From Auanema rhodensis (lineage: Eukaryota; Animalia; Nematoda), in NCBI GenBank assembly GCA_964057225.1, contig OZ059896.1:2232001-2296000 (forward strand): a stretch of 64,000 bases of DNA, in the 5' to 3' direction. Shown here one piece after another: positions 14,743-30,700 of the stretch (positions within the stretch are counted from its first letter, which is position 1; every line of letters starts with the position of its first letter). The notes under the pieces are model-generated. The model worked only from the letters and a program-made list of their open reading frames with translations. It searched no databases and was not told where the DNA came from. The position numbers and the translations under genes were made by a program.

Positions 14743-17700
14743 TTTCAAACGATCATAACTAATTTTTGTATTGAGTGTTTCCCAATGTAGTATAGTGCAT
14801 TCGATGTGGATTTTTAAGCTGCGTCAATCTGTGTTATCAGATTTGCGCTAGCTTAAAAATGCACCGAGATATCAACTGATATAAGTTCACACTTATATCC
14901 TCGATTTTCACCCTGAAGAATTAATTTTTTTGTTGAATAACAATGTCCATCGTTTTTGTCTTGAAAAAAGGAATCTAAAAACATCTACTTTTTGTGAAAT
15001 TATTTTGAAATTTTTCGGGAAAATTTTTGTCAAAATGTTTTTGGAAGCAATGTTGAGTGTACATGGAAACTCAACATACACTAATGCATCATTTTTCAAA
15101 CGATCATAACTAATTTTTGTATTGAGTGTTTTCCAATGTAGTATAGTGCATTCGATGTGGATTTTTAAGCTGCGTCGATCTGTGTTATCAGATTTGCGCT
15201 AGCTTAAAAATGCACCGAGATATCAACTGATATAAGTTCACACTTATATCCTCGATTTTCACCCTGAAGAATTAATTTTTTTGTTGAATAACAATGTCCA
15301 TCGTCTTTGTCTTGAAAAAAGGAATCTAAAAACATCTACTTTTTGTGAAATTATTTTGAAATTTTTCGGGAAAATTTTTGTCAAAATGTTTTTGGAAGCA
15401 ATGTTGAGTGTACATGGAAACTCAACATACACTAATGCATCATTTTTCAAACGATCATAACTAATTTTTGTATTGAGCGTTTCTCCATGTAGTATAGTGC
15501 ATTCGATGCGGATTTTTAAGCTGCGTCGATCTGTGTTATCAGATTTGCGCTAGCTTGAAAATGCACCGAGATATCAACTGATATAGGTTCACACTTATAT
15601 CCTCGATTTTCACCGTGAAGAATTAATTTTTTCGTTGAATAACAATGTCCATCGTCTTTGTCTTGAAAAAAGGAATCTAAAAACATCTACTTTTTGTAAA
15701 TTTATTCTGAAATTTTTCGGGAAAATGTTTGTCAAAATGTTTTTGGAAGCAATGTTGAGTGTACATGGAAACTCAACATACACTAATGCATCATTTTTCA
15801 AACAATCATAACTAATTTTTGTATTGAGCGTTTCTTAATGTAGTATAGTACATTCGATGCGGATTTTTAAGCTGCGTCGATCTGTGTTATCAGATTTGCG
15901 CTAGCTTAAAAATGAACCGAGATATCAACTGATATAGGTTCACACTTATATCCTCGATTTTCACCGTGAAGAATTAATTTTTTTGTTGAATGACAATGTC
16001 CATCGTCTTTGTCTTGAAAAAAGGAATCTAAAAACATCTACTTTTTGTAAATTTATTCTGAAATTTTTCGGGAAAATGTTTGTCAAAATGTTTTTGGAAG
16101 CAATGTTGAGTGTACATGGAAACTCAACATACACTAATGCATCATTTTTCAAACGATCATAACTAATTTTTGTATTGAGCGTTTCTCCATCTAGTATAGT
16201 GCATTCGATGCGGATTTTTAAGCTGCGTCGATCTGTGTTATCAGATTTGCGCTAGCTTGAAAATGAACCGAGATATCAACTGATATAGGTTCACACTTAT
16301 ATCCTCGATTTTCACCGTGAAGAATTAATTTTTTTGTTGAATAACAATGTCCATCGTCTTTGTATTGAAAAAAGGAATCTAAAAACATCTACTTTTTGTG
16401 AAATTATTTTGAAATTTTTCGTGAAAATTTTTGTCAAAATGTTTTTGGAAGCATTGTTGAGTGTACATGGAAACTCAACATACACTAATGCATCATTTTT
16501 CAAACGATCATAACTAATTTTTGTATTGAGCGTTTCTCCATGTAGTATAGTGCATTCGATGCGGATTTTTAAGCTGCGTCGATCTGTGTTATCAGATTTG
16601 CGCTAGCTTGAAAATGCACCGAGATATCAACTGATATAGGTTCACACTTATATCCTCGATTTTCATAGTGAAGAATTAATTTTTTTGTTGAATAACAATG
16701 TCCATCGTCTTTGTCTTGAAAAAAGGAATCTAAAAACATCTACTTTTTGTGAAATTATTTTGAAATTTTACGGGAAAATTTTTGTCAAAATGTTTTTGGA
16801 AGCATTGTTGAGTGTACATGGAAACTCAACATACACTAATGCATCATTTTTCAAACGATCATAACTAATTTTTGTATTGAGCGTTTCTCCATGTAGTATA
16901 GTGCATTCGATGCGGATTTTTAAGCTGCGTCGATCTGTGTTATCAGATTTGCGCTAGCTTGAAAATGCACCGAGATATCAACTGATATAGGTTCACACTT
17001 ATATCCTCGATTTTCACCCTGAAGATTTAATTTTTTCGTTGAATAACATTGTCCATCGTCTTTGTCTTGAAAAAAGGAATCTAAAAACATCTACTTTTTG
17101 TGAAATTATTTTGAAATTTTTCGGGAAAATTTTTGTCAAAATGTTTTTGGAAGCATTGTTGAGTGTACATGAAAACTCAACATACACTAATGCATCATTT
17201 TTCAAACGATCATAACTAATTTTTGTATTGAGCGTTTCTCCATGTAGTATAGTGCATTCGATGCGGATTTTTAAGCTGCGTCAATCTGTGTTATCAGATT
17301 TGCGCTAGCTTAAAAATGCACCGAGATATCAACTGATATAAGTTCACACTTATATCCTCGATTTTCACCCTGAAGAATTAATTTTTTTGTTGAATAACAA
17401 TGTCCATCGTTTTTGTCTTGAAAAAAGGAATCTAAAAACATCTACTTTTTGTGAAATTATTCTGAAATTTTTCGGGAAAATTTTTGTCAAAATGTTTTTG
17501 GAAGCAATGTTGAGTGTACATGGAAACTCAACATACACTAATGCATCATTTTTCAAACGATCATAACTAATTTTTGTATTGAGTGTTTTCCAATGTAGTA
17601 TAGTGCATTCGATGTGGATTTTTAAGCTGCGTCGATCTGTGTTATCAGATTTGCGCTAGCTTAAAAATGCACCGAGATATCAACTGATATAAGTTCACAC

Positions 17701-19305
17701 TTATATCCTCGATTTTCACCCTGAAGAATTAATTTTTTTGTTGAATAACAATGTCCATCGTCTTTGTCTTGAAAAAAGGAATCTAAAAACATCTACTTTT
17801 TGTGAAATTATTTTGAAATTTTTCGGGAAAATTTTTGTCAAAATGTTTTTGGAAGCAATGTTGAGTGTACATGGAAACTCAACATACACTAATGCATCAT
17901 TTTTCAAACGATCATAACTAATTTTTGTATTGAGCGTTTCTCCATGTAGTATAGTGCATTCGATGCGGATTTTTAAGCTGCGTCGATCTGTGTTATCAGA
18001 TTTGCGCTAGCTTGAAAATGCACCGAGATATCAACTGATATAGGTTCACACTTATATCCTCGATTTTCACCGTGAAGAATTAATTTTTTCGTTGAATAAC
18101 AATGTCCATCGTCTTTGTCTTGAAAAAAGGAATCTAAAAACATCTACTTTTTGTAAATTTATTCTGAAATTTTTCGGGAAAATGTTTGTCAAAATGTTTT
18201 TGGAAGCAATGTTGAGTGTACATGGAAACTCAACATACACTAATGCATCATTTTTCAAACGATCATAACTAATTTTTGTATTGAGCGTTTCTCCATCTAG
18301 TATAGTGCATTCGATGCGAATTTTTAAGCTGCGTCGATCTGTGTTATCAGATTTGCGCTAGCTTGAAAATGAACCGAGATATCAACTGATATAGGTTCAC
18401 ACTTATATCCTCGATTTTCACCGTGAAGAATTAATTTTTTTGTTGAATAACAATGTCCATCGTCTTTGTATTGAAAAAAGGAATCTAAAAACATCTACTT
18501 TTTGTGAAATTATTTTGAAATTTTTCGTGAAAATTTTTGTCAAAATGTTTTTGGAAGCATTGTTGAGTGTACATGGAAACTCAACATACACTAATGCATC
18601 ATTTTTCAAACGATCATAACTAATTTTTGTATTGAGCGTTTCTCCATGTAGTATAGTGCATTCGATGCGGATTTTTAAGCTGCGTCGATCTGTGTTATCA
18701 GATTTGCGCTAGCTTAAAAATGCACCGAGATATCAACTGATATAGGTTCACACTTATATCCTCGATTTTCATAGTGAAGAATTAATTTTTTTGTTGAATA
18801 ACAATGTCCATCGTCTTTGTCTTGAAAAAAGGAATCTAAAAACATCTACTTTTTGTGAAATTATTTTGAAATTTTACGGGAAAATTTTTGTCAAAATGTT
18901 TTTGGAAGCATTGTTGAGTGTACATGGAAACTCAACATACACTAATGCATCATTTTTCAAACGATCATAACTAATTTTTGTATTGAGCGTTTCTCCATGT
19001 AGTATAGTGCATTCGATGCGGATTTTTAAGCTGCGTCGATCTGTGTTATCAGATTTGCGCTAGCTTGAAAATGCACCGAGATATCAACTGATATAGGTTC
19101 ACACTTATATCCTCGATTTTCACCCTGAAGATTTAATTTTTTCGTTGAATAACATTGTCCATCGTCTTTGTCTTGAAAAAAGGAATCTAAAAACATCTAC
19201 TTTTTGTGAAATTATTTTGAAATTTTTCGGGAAAATTTTTGTCAAAATGTTTTTGGAAGCATTGTTGAGTGTACATGAAAACTCAACATACACTAATGCA
19301 TCATT
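14743..19305 (+). repeat. Local 7-mer/6-mer higher-order duplication
   Basis: The rare variants tgtattgaaa+ttcgtgaaa, ttttacggg+catagtg and catgaaaact occur in the same order twice, 2106 bp apart (ORFs 16312/18418, gaps at 16663/18769, ORFs 17014/19120). Confidence 0.85.
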
Positions 19306-19656
19306 TTTCAAACGATCATAACTAATTTTTGTATTGAGCGTTTCTCCATGTAGTATAGTGCATTCGATGCGGATTTTTAAGCTGCGTCGATCTGTGTTAT
19401 CAGATTTGCGCTAGCTTAAAAATGCACCTAGATATCAACTGATATAAGTTCACACTTATATCCTCGATTTTCACCGTGAAGAATTAATTTTTTTGTTGAA
19501 TAACAATGTCCATCGTCTTTGTCTTGAAAAAAGGAATCTAAAAACATCTACTTTTTGTGAAATTATTTTGAAATTTTTCGGGAAAATTTTTGTCAAAATG
19601 TTTTTGGAAGCAATGTTGAGTGTACATGGAAACTCAACATACACTAATGCATCATT

Positions 19657-21762
19657 TTTCAAACGATCATAACTAATTTTTGTATTGAGCGTTGCTTAAT
19701 GTAGTATAGTGCATTCGATGCGGATTTTTAAGCTGCGTCGATCTGTGTTATCAGATTTGCGCTAGCTTAAAAATGCACCGAGATATCAACTGATATAGGT
19801 TCACACTTATATCCTCGATTTTCACTGTGAAGAATTAATTTTTTTGTTGAATGACAATGTCCATCGTCTTTGTCTTGAAAAAAGAAATCTAAAAACATCT
19901 ACTTTTTGTAAAATTATTTTGAAATTTTTCGGGAAAATTTTTGTCAAAATGTTTTTGGAAGCAATGTTGTGTGTACATGGAAACTCAACATACACTAATG
20001 CATCATTTTTCAAACGATCATAACTAATTTTTGTATTGAGCGTTTCTTAATGTAGTATAGTGCATTCGATGCGGATTTTTAAGCTGCGTCGATCTGTGTT
20101 ATCAGATTTGCGCTAGCTTAAAAATGAACCGAGATATCAACTTATATAGGTTCACACTTATATCCTCGATTTTCACCGTGAAGAATTAATTTTTTTGTTG
20201 AATGACAATGTCCATCGTCTTTGTCTTGAAAAAAGGAATCTAAAAACATCTACTTTTTGTAAATTTATTTTGAAATTTTTCGGGAAAATGTTTGTCAAAA
20301 TGTTTTTGGAAGCAATGTTGAGTGTACATGGAAACTCAACATACACTAATGCATCATTTTTCAAACAATCATAACTAATTTTTGTATTGAGCGTTTCTTA
20401 ATATAGTATAGTACATTCGATGCGGATTTTTAAGCTGCGTCGATCTGTGTTATCAGATTTGCGCTAGCTTAAAAATGAACCGAGATATCAACTGATATAG
20501 GTTCACACTTATATCCTCGATTTTCACCCTGAAGAATTAATTTTTTTGTTGAATAACAATGTCCATCGTCTTTGTCTTGAAAAAAGGAATCTAAAAACAT
20601 CTACTTTTTGTGAAATTATTTTGAAATTTTTCGGGAAAATTTTTGTCAAAATGTTTTTGGAAGCAATGTTGAGTGTACATGGAAACTCAACATACACTAA
20701 TGCATCATTTTTCAAACGATCATAACTAATTTTTGTATTGAGCGTTGCTTAATGTAGTATAGTGCATTCGATGCGGATTTTTAAGCTGCGTCGATCTGTG
20801 TTATCAGATTTGCGCTAGCTTAAAAATGCACCGAGATATCAACTGATATAGGTTCACACTTATATCCTCGATTTTCACTGTGAAGAATTAATTTTTTTGT
20901 TGAATGACAATGTCCATCGTCTTTGTCTTGAAAAAAGAAATCTAAAAACATCTACTTTTTGTAAAATTATTTTGAAATTTTTCGGGAAAATTTTTGTCAA
21001 AATGTTTTTGGAAGCAATGTTGTGTGTACATGGAAACTCAACATACACTAATGCATCATTTTTCAAACGATCATAACTAATTTTTGTATTGAGCGTTTCT
21101 TAATGTAGTATAGTGCATTCGATGCGGATTTTTAAGCTGCGTCGATCTGTGTTATCAGATTTGCGCTAGCTTAAAAATGAACCGAGATATCAACTTATAT
21201 AGGTTCACACTTATATCCTCGATTTTCACCGTGAAGAATTAATTTTTTTGTTGAATGACAATGTCCATCGTCTTTGTCTTGAAAAAAGGAATCTAAAAAC
21301 ATCTACTTTTTGTAAATTTATTTTGAAATTTTTCGGGAAAATGTTTGTCAAAATGTTTTTGGAAGCAATGTTGAGTGTACATGGAAACTCAACATACACT
21401 AATGCATCATTTTTCAAACAATCATAACTAATTTTTGTATTGAGCGTTTCTTAATATAGTATAGTACATTCGATGCGGATTTTTAAGCTGCGTCGATCTG
21501 TGTTATCAGATTTGCGCTAGCTTAAAAATGAACCGAGATATCAACTGATATAGGTTCACACTTATATCCTCGATTTTCACCCTGAAGATTTAATTTTTTC
21601 GTTGAATAACATTGTCCATCGTCTTTGTCTTGAAAAAAGGAATCTAAAAACATCTACTTTTTGTGAAATTATTTTGAAATTTTTTGGGAAAATTTTTGTC
21701 AAAATGTTTTTGGAAGCATTGTTGAGTGTACATGGAAACTCAACATACACTAATGCATCATT
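19657..21762 (+). repeat. 3-mer (1053 bp) higher-order duplication
   Basis: The rare monomer with cactgtg/aaagaaatc/gttgtgtg is followed by the caacttatat monomer at ORFs 19822/20173 and again at 20875/21226. Confidence 0.85.
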
Positions 21763-24700
21763 TTTCAAACGATCATAACTAATTTTTGTATTGAGCGTTT
21801 CTCCATGTAGTATAGTGCATTCGATGCGGATTTTTAAGCTGCGTCGATCTGTGTTATCAGATTTGCGCTAGCTTGAAAATGCACCGAGATATCAACTGAT
21901 ATAGGTTCACACTTATATCCTCGATTTTCACCGTGAAGAATTAATTTTTTTGTTGAATAACAATGTCCATCGTCTTTGTCTTGAAAAAAGGAATCTAAAA
22001 ACATCTACTTTTTGTGAAATTATCTTGAAATTTTTCGGGAAAATTTTTGTCAAAATGTTTCTGGAAGCAATGTTGAGTGTACATGGAAACTCAACATACA
22101 CTAATGCATCATTTTTCAAACGATCATAACTAATTTTTGTATTGAGCGTTTCTCCATGTAGTATAGTGCATTCGATGTGGATTTTTAAGCTGCGTCGATC
22201 TGTGTTATCAGATTTGCGCTAGCTTGAAAATGCACCGAGATATCAACTGATATAGGTTCACACTTATATCCTCGATTTTCACCGTGAAGAATTAATTTTT
22301 TCGTTGAATAACAATGTCCATCGTCTTTGTCTTGGAAAAAGGAATCTAAAAACATCTACTTTTTGTAAATTTATTCTGAAATTTTTCGGGAAAATGTTTG
22401 TCAAAATGTTTTTGGAAGCAATGTTGAGTGTACATGGAAACTCAACATACACTAATGCATCATTTTTCAAACGATCATAACTAATTTTTGTATTGAGCGT
22501 TGCTTAATGTAGTATAGTGCATTCGATGCGGATTTTTAAGCTGCGTCGATCTGTGTTATCAGATTTGCGCTAGCTTAAAAATGCACCGAGATATCAACTG
22601 ATATAGGTTCACACTTATATCCTCGATTTTCACCGTGAAGAATTAATTTTTTTGTTGAATGACAATGTCCATCGTCTTTGTCTTGAAAAAAGAAATCTAA
22701 AAACATCTACTTTTTGTGAAATTATTTTGAAATTTTTCGTGAAAATTTTTGTCAAAATGTTTTTGGAAGCATTGTTGAGTGTACATGGAAACTCAACATA
22801 CACTAATGCATCATTTTTCAAACGATCATAACTAATTTTTGTATTGAGCGTTGCTTAATGTAGTATAGTGCATTCGATGCGGATTTTTAAGCTGCGTCGA
22901 TCTGTGTTATCAGATTTGCGCTAGCTTGAAAATGCACCGAGATATCAACTGATATAGGTTCACACTTATATCCTCGATTTTCACCGTGAAGAATTAATTT
23001 TTTTGTTGAATAACAATGTCCATCGTCTTTGTCTTGAAAAAAGGAATCTAAAAACATCTACTTTTTGTGAAATTATTTTGAAATTTTTCGGGAAAATTTT
23101 TGTCAAAATGTTTTTGGAAGCATTGTTGAGTGTACATGGAAACTCAACATACACTAATGCATCATTTTTCAAACGATCATAACTAATTTTTGTATTGAGC
23201 GTTTCTCCATGTAGTATAGTGCATTCGATGCGGATTTTTAAGCTGCGTCGATCTGTGTTATCAGATTTGCGCTAGCTTGAAAATGCACCGAGATATCAAC
23301 TGATATAGGTTCACACTTATATCCTCGATTTTCACCGTGAAGAATTAATTTTTTTGTTGAATAACAATGTCCATCGTCTTTGTCTTGAAAAAAGGAATCT
23401 AAAAACATCTACTTTTTGTGAAATTATCTTGAAATTTTTCGGGAAAATTTTTGTCAAAATGTTTCTGGAAGCAATGTTGAGTGTACATGGAAACTCAACA
23501 TACACTAATGCATCATTTTTCAAACGATCATAACTAATTTTTGTATTGAGCGTTTCTCCATGTAGTATAGTGCATTCGATGTGGATTTTTAAGCTGCGTC
23601 GATCTGTGTTATCAGATTTGCGCTAGCTTGAAAAATGCACCGAGATATCAACTGATATAGGTTCACACTTATATCCTCGATTTGCACCGTGAAGAATTAA
23701 TTTTTTCGTTGAATAACAATGTCCATCGTCTTTGTCTTGGAAAAAGGAATCTAAAAACATCTACTTTTTGTAAATTTATTCTGAAATTTTTCGGGAAAAT
23801 GTTTGTCAAAATGTTTTTGGAAGCAATGTTGAGTGTACATGGAAACTCAACATACACTAATGCATCATTTTTCAAACGATCATAACTAATTTTTGTATTG
23901 AGCGTTGCTTAATGTAGTATAGTGCATTCGATGCGGATTTTTAAGCTGCGTCGATCTGTGTTATCAGATTTGCGCTAGCTTAAAAATGCACCGAGATATC
24001 AACTGATATAGGTTCACAGTTATATCCTCGATTTTCACCGTGAAGAATTAATTTTTTTGTTGAATGACAATGTCCATCGTCTTTGTCTTGAAAAAAGAAA
24101 TCTAAAAACATCTACTTTTTGTAAAATTATTTTGAAATTTTTCGGGAAAATTTTTGTCAAAATGTTTTTGGAAGCAATGTTGTGTGTACATGGAAACTCA
24201 ACATACACTAATGCATCATTTTTCAAACGATCATAACTAATTTTTGTATTGAGCGTTTCTTAATGTAGTATAGTACATTCGATGCGGATTTTTAAGCTGC
24301 GTCGATCTGTGTTATCAGATTTGCGCTAGCTTAAAAATGAACCGAGATATCAACTGATATAGGTTCACACTTATATCCTCGATTTTCACCCTGAAGATTT
24401 AATTTTTTCGTTGAATAACATTGTCCATCGTCTTTGTCTTGAAAAAAGGAATCTAAAAACATCTACTTTTTGTGAAATTATTTTGAAATTTTTCGGGAAA
24501 ATTTTTGTCAAAATGTTTTTGGAAGCATTGTTGAGTGTACATGGAAACTCAACATACACTAATGCATCATTTTTCAAACGATCATAACTAATTTTTGTAT
24601 TGAGCGTTTCTTAATGTAGTATAGTGCATTCGATGCGGATTTTTAAGCTGCGTCGATCTGTGTTATCAGATTTGCGCTAGCTTAAAAATGAACCGAGATA

Positions 24701-27700
24701 TCAACTGATATAGGTTCACACTTATATCCTCGATTTTCACCGTGAAGAATTAATTTTTTTGTTGAATGACAATGTCCATCGTCTTTGTCTTGAAAAAAGG
24801 AATCTAAAAACATCTACTTTTTGTAAATTTATTCTGAAATTTTTCGGGAAAATGTTTGTCAAAATGTTTTTGGAAGCAATGTTGAGTGTACATGGAAACT
24901 CAACATACACTAATGCATCATTTTTCAAACAATCATAACTAATTTTTGTATTGAGCGTTTCTTAATGTAGAATAGTACATTCGATGCGGATTTTTAAGCT
25001 GCGTCGATCTGTGTTATCAGATTTGCGCTAGCTTAAAAATGAACCGAGATATCAACTGATATAGGTTCACACTTATATCCTCGATTTTCACCGTGAAGAT
25101 TTAATTTTTTCGTTGAATAACATTGTCCATCGTCTTTGTCTTGAAAAAAGGAATCTAAAAACATCTACTTTTTGTGAAATTATTTTGAAATTTTTCGGGA
25201 AAATTTTTGTCAAAATGTTTTTGGAAGCATTGTTGAGTGTACATGGAAACTCAACATACACTAATGCATCATTTTTCAAACGATCATAACTAACTTTTGT
25301 ATTGAGTGTTTCCCAATGTAGTATAGTGCATTCGATGTGGATTTTTAAGCTGCGTCGATCTGTGTTATCAGATTTGCGCTAGCTTAAAAATGCACCGAGA
25401 TATCAACTGATATAAGTTCACACTTATATCCTCGATTTTCACCCTGAAGAATTAATTTTTTTGTTGAATAACAATGTCCATCGTCTTTGTCTTGAAAAAA
25501 GGAATCTAAAAACATCTACTTTTTGTGAAATTATTTTGAAATTTTTCGGGAAAATTTTTGTCAAAATGTTTTTGGAAGCAATGTTGAGTGTACATGGAAA
25601 CTCAACATACACTAATGCATCATTTTTCAAACGATCATAACTAATTTTTGTATTGAGTGTTTCCCAATGTAGTATAGTGCATTCGATGCGGATTTTTAAG
25701 CTGCGTCGATCTGTGTTATCAGATTTGCGCTAGCTTAAAAATGAACCGAGATATCAACTGATATAGGTTCACACTTATATCCTCGATTTTCACCCTGAAG
25801 ATTTAATTTTTTCGTTGAATAACATTGTCCATCGTCTTTGTCTTGAAAAAAGGAATCTAAGAACATCTACTTTTTGTGAAATTATTTTGAAATTTTTCGG
25901 GAAAATTTTTGTCAAAATGTTTTTGGAAGCATTGTTGAGTGTACATGGAAACTCAACATACACTAATGCATCATTTTTCAAACGATCATAACTAATTTTT
26001 GTATTGAGCGTTTCTCCATGTAGTATAGTGCATTCGATGCGGATTTTTAAGCTGCGTCGATCTGTGTTATCAGATTTGCGCTAGCTTGAAAATGCACCGA
26101 GATATCAACTGATATAGGTTCACACTTATATCCTCGATTTTCACCGTGAAGAATTAATTTTTTTGTTGAATAACAATGTCCATCGTCTTTGTCTTGAAAA
26201 AAGGAATCTAAAAACATCTACTTTTTGTGAAATTATTTTGAAATTTTTCGGGAAAATTTTTGTCAAAATGTTTTTGGAAGCATTGTTGAGTGTACATGGA
26301 AACTCAACATACACTAATGCATCATTTTTCAAACGATCATAACTAATTTTTGTATTGAGTGTTTCCCAATGTAGTATAGTGCATTCGATGTGGATTTTTA
26401 AGCTGCGTCAATCTGTGTTATCAGATTTGCGCTAGCTTAAAAATGCACCGAGATATCAACTGATATAAGTTCACACTTATATCCTCGATTTTCACCCTGA
26501 AGAATTAATTTTTTTGTTGAATAACAATGTCCATCGTCTTTGTCTTGAAAAAAGGAATCTAAAAACATCTACTTTTTGTGAAATTATTTTGAAATTTTTC
26601 GGGAAAATTTTTGTCAAAATGTTTTTGGAAGCAATGTTGAGTGTACATGGAAACTCAACATACACTAATGCATCATTTTTCAAACGATCATAACTAATTT
26701 TTGTATTGAGTGTTTTCCAATGTAGTATAGTGCATTCGATGTGGATTTTTAAGCTGCGTCGATCTGTGTTATCAGATTTGCGCTAGCTTAAAAATGCACC
26801 GAGATATCAACTGATATAAGTTCACACTTATATCCTCGATTTTCACCCTGAAGAATTAATTTTTTTGTTGAATAACAATGTCCATCGTCTTTGTCTTGAA
26901 AAAAGGAATCTAAAAACATCTACTTTTTGTGAAATTATTTTGAAATTTTTCGGGAAAATTTTTGTCAAAATGTTTTTGGAAGCAATGTTGAGTGTACATG
27001 GAAACTCAACATACACTAATGCATCATTTTTCAAACGATCATAACTAATTTTTGTATTGAGCGTTTCTTAATGTAGTATAGTACATTCGATGCGGATTTT
27101 TAAGCTGCGTCGATCTGTGTTATCAGATTTGCGCTAGCTTGAAAATGCACCGAGATATCAACTGATATAGGTTCACACTTATATCCTCGATTTTCACCGT
27201 GAAGAATTAATTTTTTCGTTGAATAACAATGTCCATCGTCTTTGTCTTGAAAAAAGGAATCTAAAAACATCTACTTTTTGTAAATTTATTCTGAAATTTT
27301 TCGGGAAAATGTTTGTCAAAATGTTTTTGGAAGCAATGTTGAGTGTACATGGAAACTCAACATACACTAATGCAACATTTTTCAAACAATCATAACTAAT
27401 TTTTGTATTGAGCGTTTCTTAATGTAGTATAGTACATTCGATGCGGATTTTTAAGCTGCGTCGATCTGTGTTATCAGATTTGCGCTAGCTTAAAAATGAA
27501 CCGAGATATCAACTGATATAGGTTCACACTTATATCCTCGATTTTCACCGTGAAGAATTAATTTTTTTGTTGAATGACAATGTCCATCGTCTTTGTCTTG
27601 AAAAAAGGAATCTAAAAACATCTACTTTTTGTAAATTTATTCTGAAATTTTTCGGGAAAATGTTTGTCAAAATGTTTTTGGAAGCAATGTTGAGTGTACA

Positions 27701-30700
27701 TGGAAACTCAACATACACTAATGCATCATTTTTCAAACAATCATAACTAATTTTTGTATTGAGCGTTTCTTAATGTAGTATAGTACATTCGATGCGGATT
27801 TTCAAGCTGCGTCGATCTGTGTTATCAGATTTGCGCTAGCTTAAAAATGAACCGAGATATCAACTGATATAGGTTCACACTTATATCCTCGATTTTCACC
27901 GTGAAGAATTAATTTTTTTGTTGAATGACAATGTCTATCGTCTTTGTCTTGGAAAAAGGAATCTAAAAACATCTACTTTTTGTAAATTTATTCTGAAATT
28001 TTTCGGGAAAATGTTTGTCAAAATGTTTTTGGAAGCAATGTTGAGTGTACATGGAAACTCAACATACACTAATGCATCATTTTTCAAACAATCATAACTA
28101 ACTTTTGTATTGAGTGTTTCCCAATGTAGTATAGTGCATTCGATGTGGATTTTTAAGCTGCGTCGATCTGTGTTATCAGATTTGCGCTAGCTTAAAAATG
28201 CACCGAGATATCAACTGATATAAGTTCACACTTATATCCTCGATTTTCACCCTGAAGAATTAATTTTTTTGTTGAATAACAATGTCCATCGTCTTTGTCT
28301 TGAAAAAAGGAATCTAAAAACATCTACTTTTTGTGAAATTATTTTGAAATTTTTCGGGAAAATTTTTGTCAAAATGTTTTTGGAAGCATTGTTGAGTGTA
28401 CATGGAAACTCAACATACACTAATGCATCATTTTTCAAACGATCATAACTAATTTTTGTATTGAGTGTTTCCCAATGTAGTATAGTGCATTCGATGTGGA
28501 TTTTTAAGCTGCGTCGATCTGTGTTATCAGATTTGCGCTAGCTTAAAAATGAACCGAGATATCAACTGATATAGGTTCACACTTATATCCTCGATTTTCA
28601 CCCTGAAGATTTAATTTTTTCGTTGAATAACATTGTCCATCGTCTTTGTCTTGAAAAAAGGAATCTAAGAACATCTACTTTTTGTGAAATTATTTTGAAA
28701 TTTTTCGGGAAAATTTTTGTCAAAATGTTTTTGGAAGCATTGTTGAGTGTACATGGAAACTCAACATACACTAATGCATCATTTTTCAAACGATCATAAC
28801 TAATTTTTGTATTGAGCGTTTCTCCATGTAGTATAGTGCATTCGATGCGGATTTTTAAGCTGCGTCGATCTGTGTTATCAGATTTGCGCTAGCTTGAAAA
28901 TGCACCGAGATATCAACTGATATAGGTTCACACTTATATCCTCGATTTTCACCGTGAAGAATTAATTTTTTTGTTGAATAACAATGTCCATCGTCTTTGT
29001 CTTGAAAAAAGGAATCTAAAAACATCTACTTTTTGTGAAATTATTTTGAAATTTTTCGGGAAAATTTTTGTCAAAATGTTTTTGGAAGCATTGTTGAGTG
29101 TACATGGAAACTCAACATACACTAATGCATCATTTTTCAAACGATCATAACTAATTTTTGTATTGACTGTTTCCCAATGTAGTATAGTGCATTCGATGTG
29201 GATTTTTAAGCTGCGTCAATCTGTGTTATCAGATTTGCGCTAGCTTAAAAATGCACCGAGATATCAACTGATATAAGTTCACACTTATATCCTCGATTTT
29301 CACCCTGAAGAATTAATTTTTTTGTTGAATAACAATGTCCATCGTCTTTGTCTTGAAAAAAGGAATCTAAAAACATCTACTTTTTGTGAAATTATTTTGA
29401 AATTTTTCGGGAAAATTTTTGTCAAAATGTTTTTGGAAGCAATGTTGAGTGTACATGGAAACTCAACATACACTAATGCATCATTTTTCAAACGATCATA
29501 ACTAATTTTTGTATTGAGTGTTTTCCAATGTAGTATAGTGCATTCGATGTGGATTTTTAAGCTGCGTCGATCTGTGTTATCAGATTTGCGCTAGCTTGAA
29601 AATGCACCGAGATATCAACTGATATAGGTTCACACTTATATCCTCGATTTTCACCCTGAAGAATTAATTTTTTTGTTGAATAACAATGTCCATCGTCTTT
29701 GTCTTGAAAAAAGGAATCTAAAAACATCTACTTTTTGTGAAATTATTTTGAAATTTTTCGGGAAAATTTTTGTCAAAATGTTTTTGGAAGCAATGTTGAG
29801 TGTACATGGAAACTCAACATACACTAATGCATCATTTTTCAAACGATCATAACTAATTTTTGTATTGAGCGTTTCTCCATGTAGTATAGTGCATTCGATG
29901 CGGATTTTTAAGCTGCGTCGATCTGTGTTATCAGATTTGCGCTAGCTTGAAAATGCACCGAGATATCAACTGATATAGGTTCACACTTATATCCTCGATT
30001 TTCACCGTGAAGAATTAATTTTTTTGTTGAATAACAATGTCCATCGTCTTTGTCTTGAAAAAAGGAATCTAAAAACATCTACTTTTTGTGAAATTATTTT
30101 GAAATTTTTCGTGAAAATTTTTGTCAAAATGTTTTTGGAAGCATTGTTCAGTGTACATGGAAACTCAACATACACTAATGCATCATTTTTCAAACGATCA
30201 TAACTAATTTTTGTATTGAGCGTTTCTCCATGTAGTATAGTGCATTCGATGCGGATTTTTAAGCTGCGTCGATCTGTGTTATCAGATTTGCGCTAGCTTG
30301 AAAATGCACCGAGATATCAACTGATATAGGTTCACACTTATATCCTCGATTTTCATAGTGAAGAATTAATTTTTTTGTTGAATAACAATGTCCATCGTCT
30401 TTGTCTTGAAAAAAGGAATCTAAAAACATCTACTTTTTGTGAAATTATTTTGAAATTTTTCGGGAAAATTTTTGTCAAAATGTTTTTGGAAGCATTGTTG
30501 AGTGTACATGGAAACTCAACATACACTAATGCATCATTTTTCAAACGATCATAACTAATTTTTGTATTGAGTGTTTCCCAATGTAGTATAGTGCATTCGA
30601 TGTGGATTTTTAAGCTGCGTCAATCTGTGTTATCAGATTTGCGCTAGCTTAAAAATGCACCGAGATATCAACTGATATAAGTTCACACTTATATCCTCGA

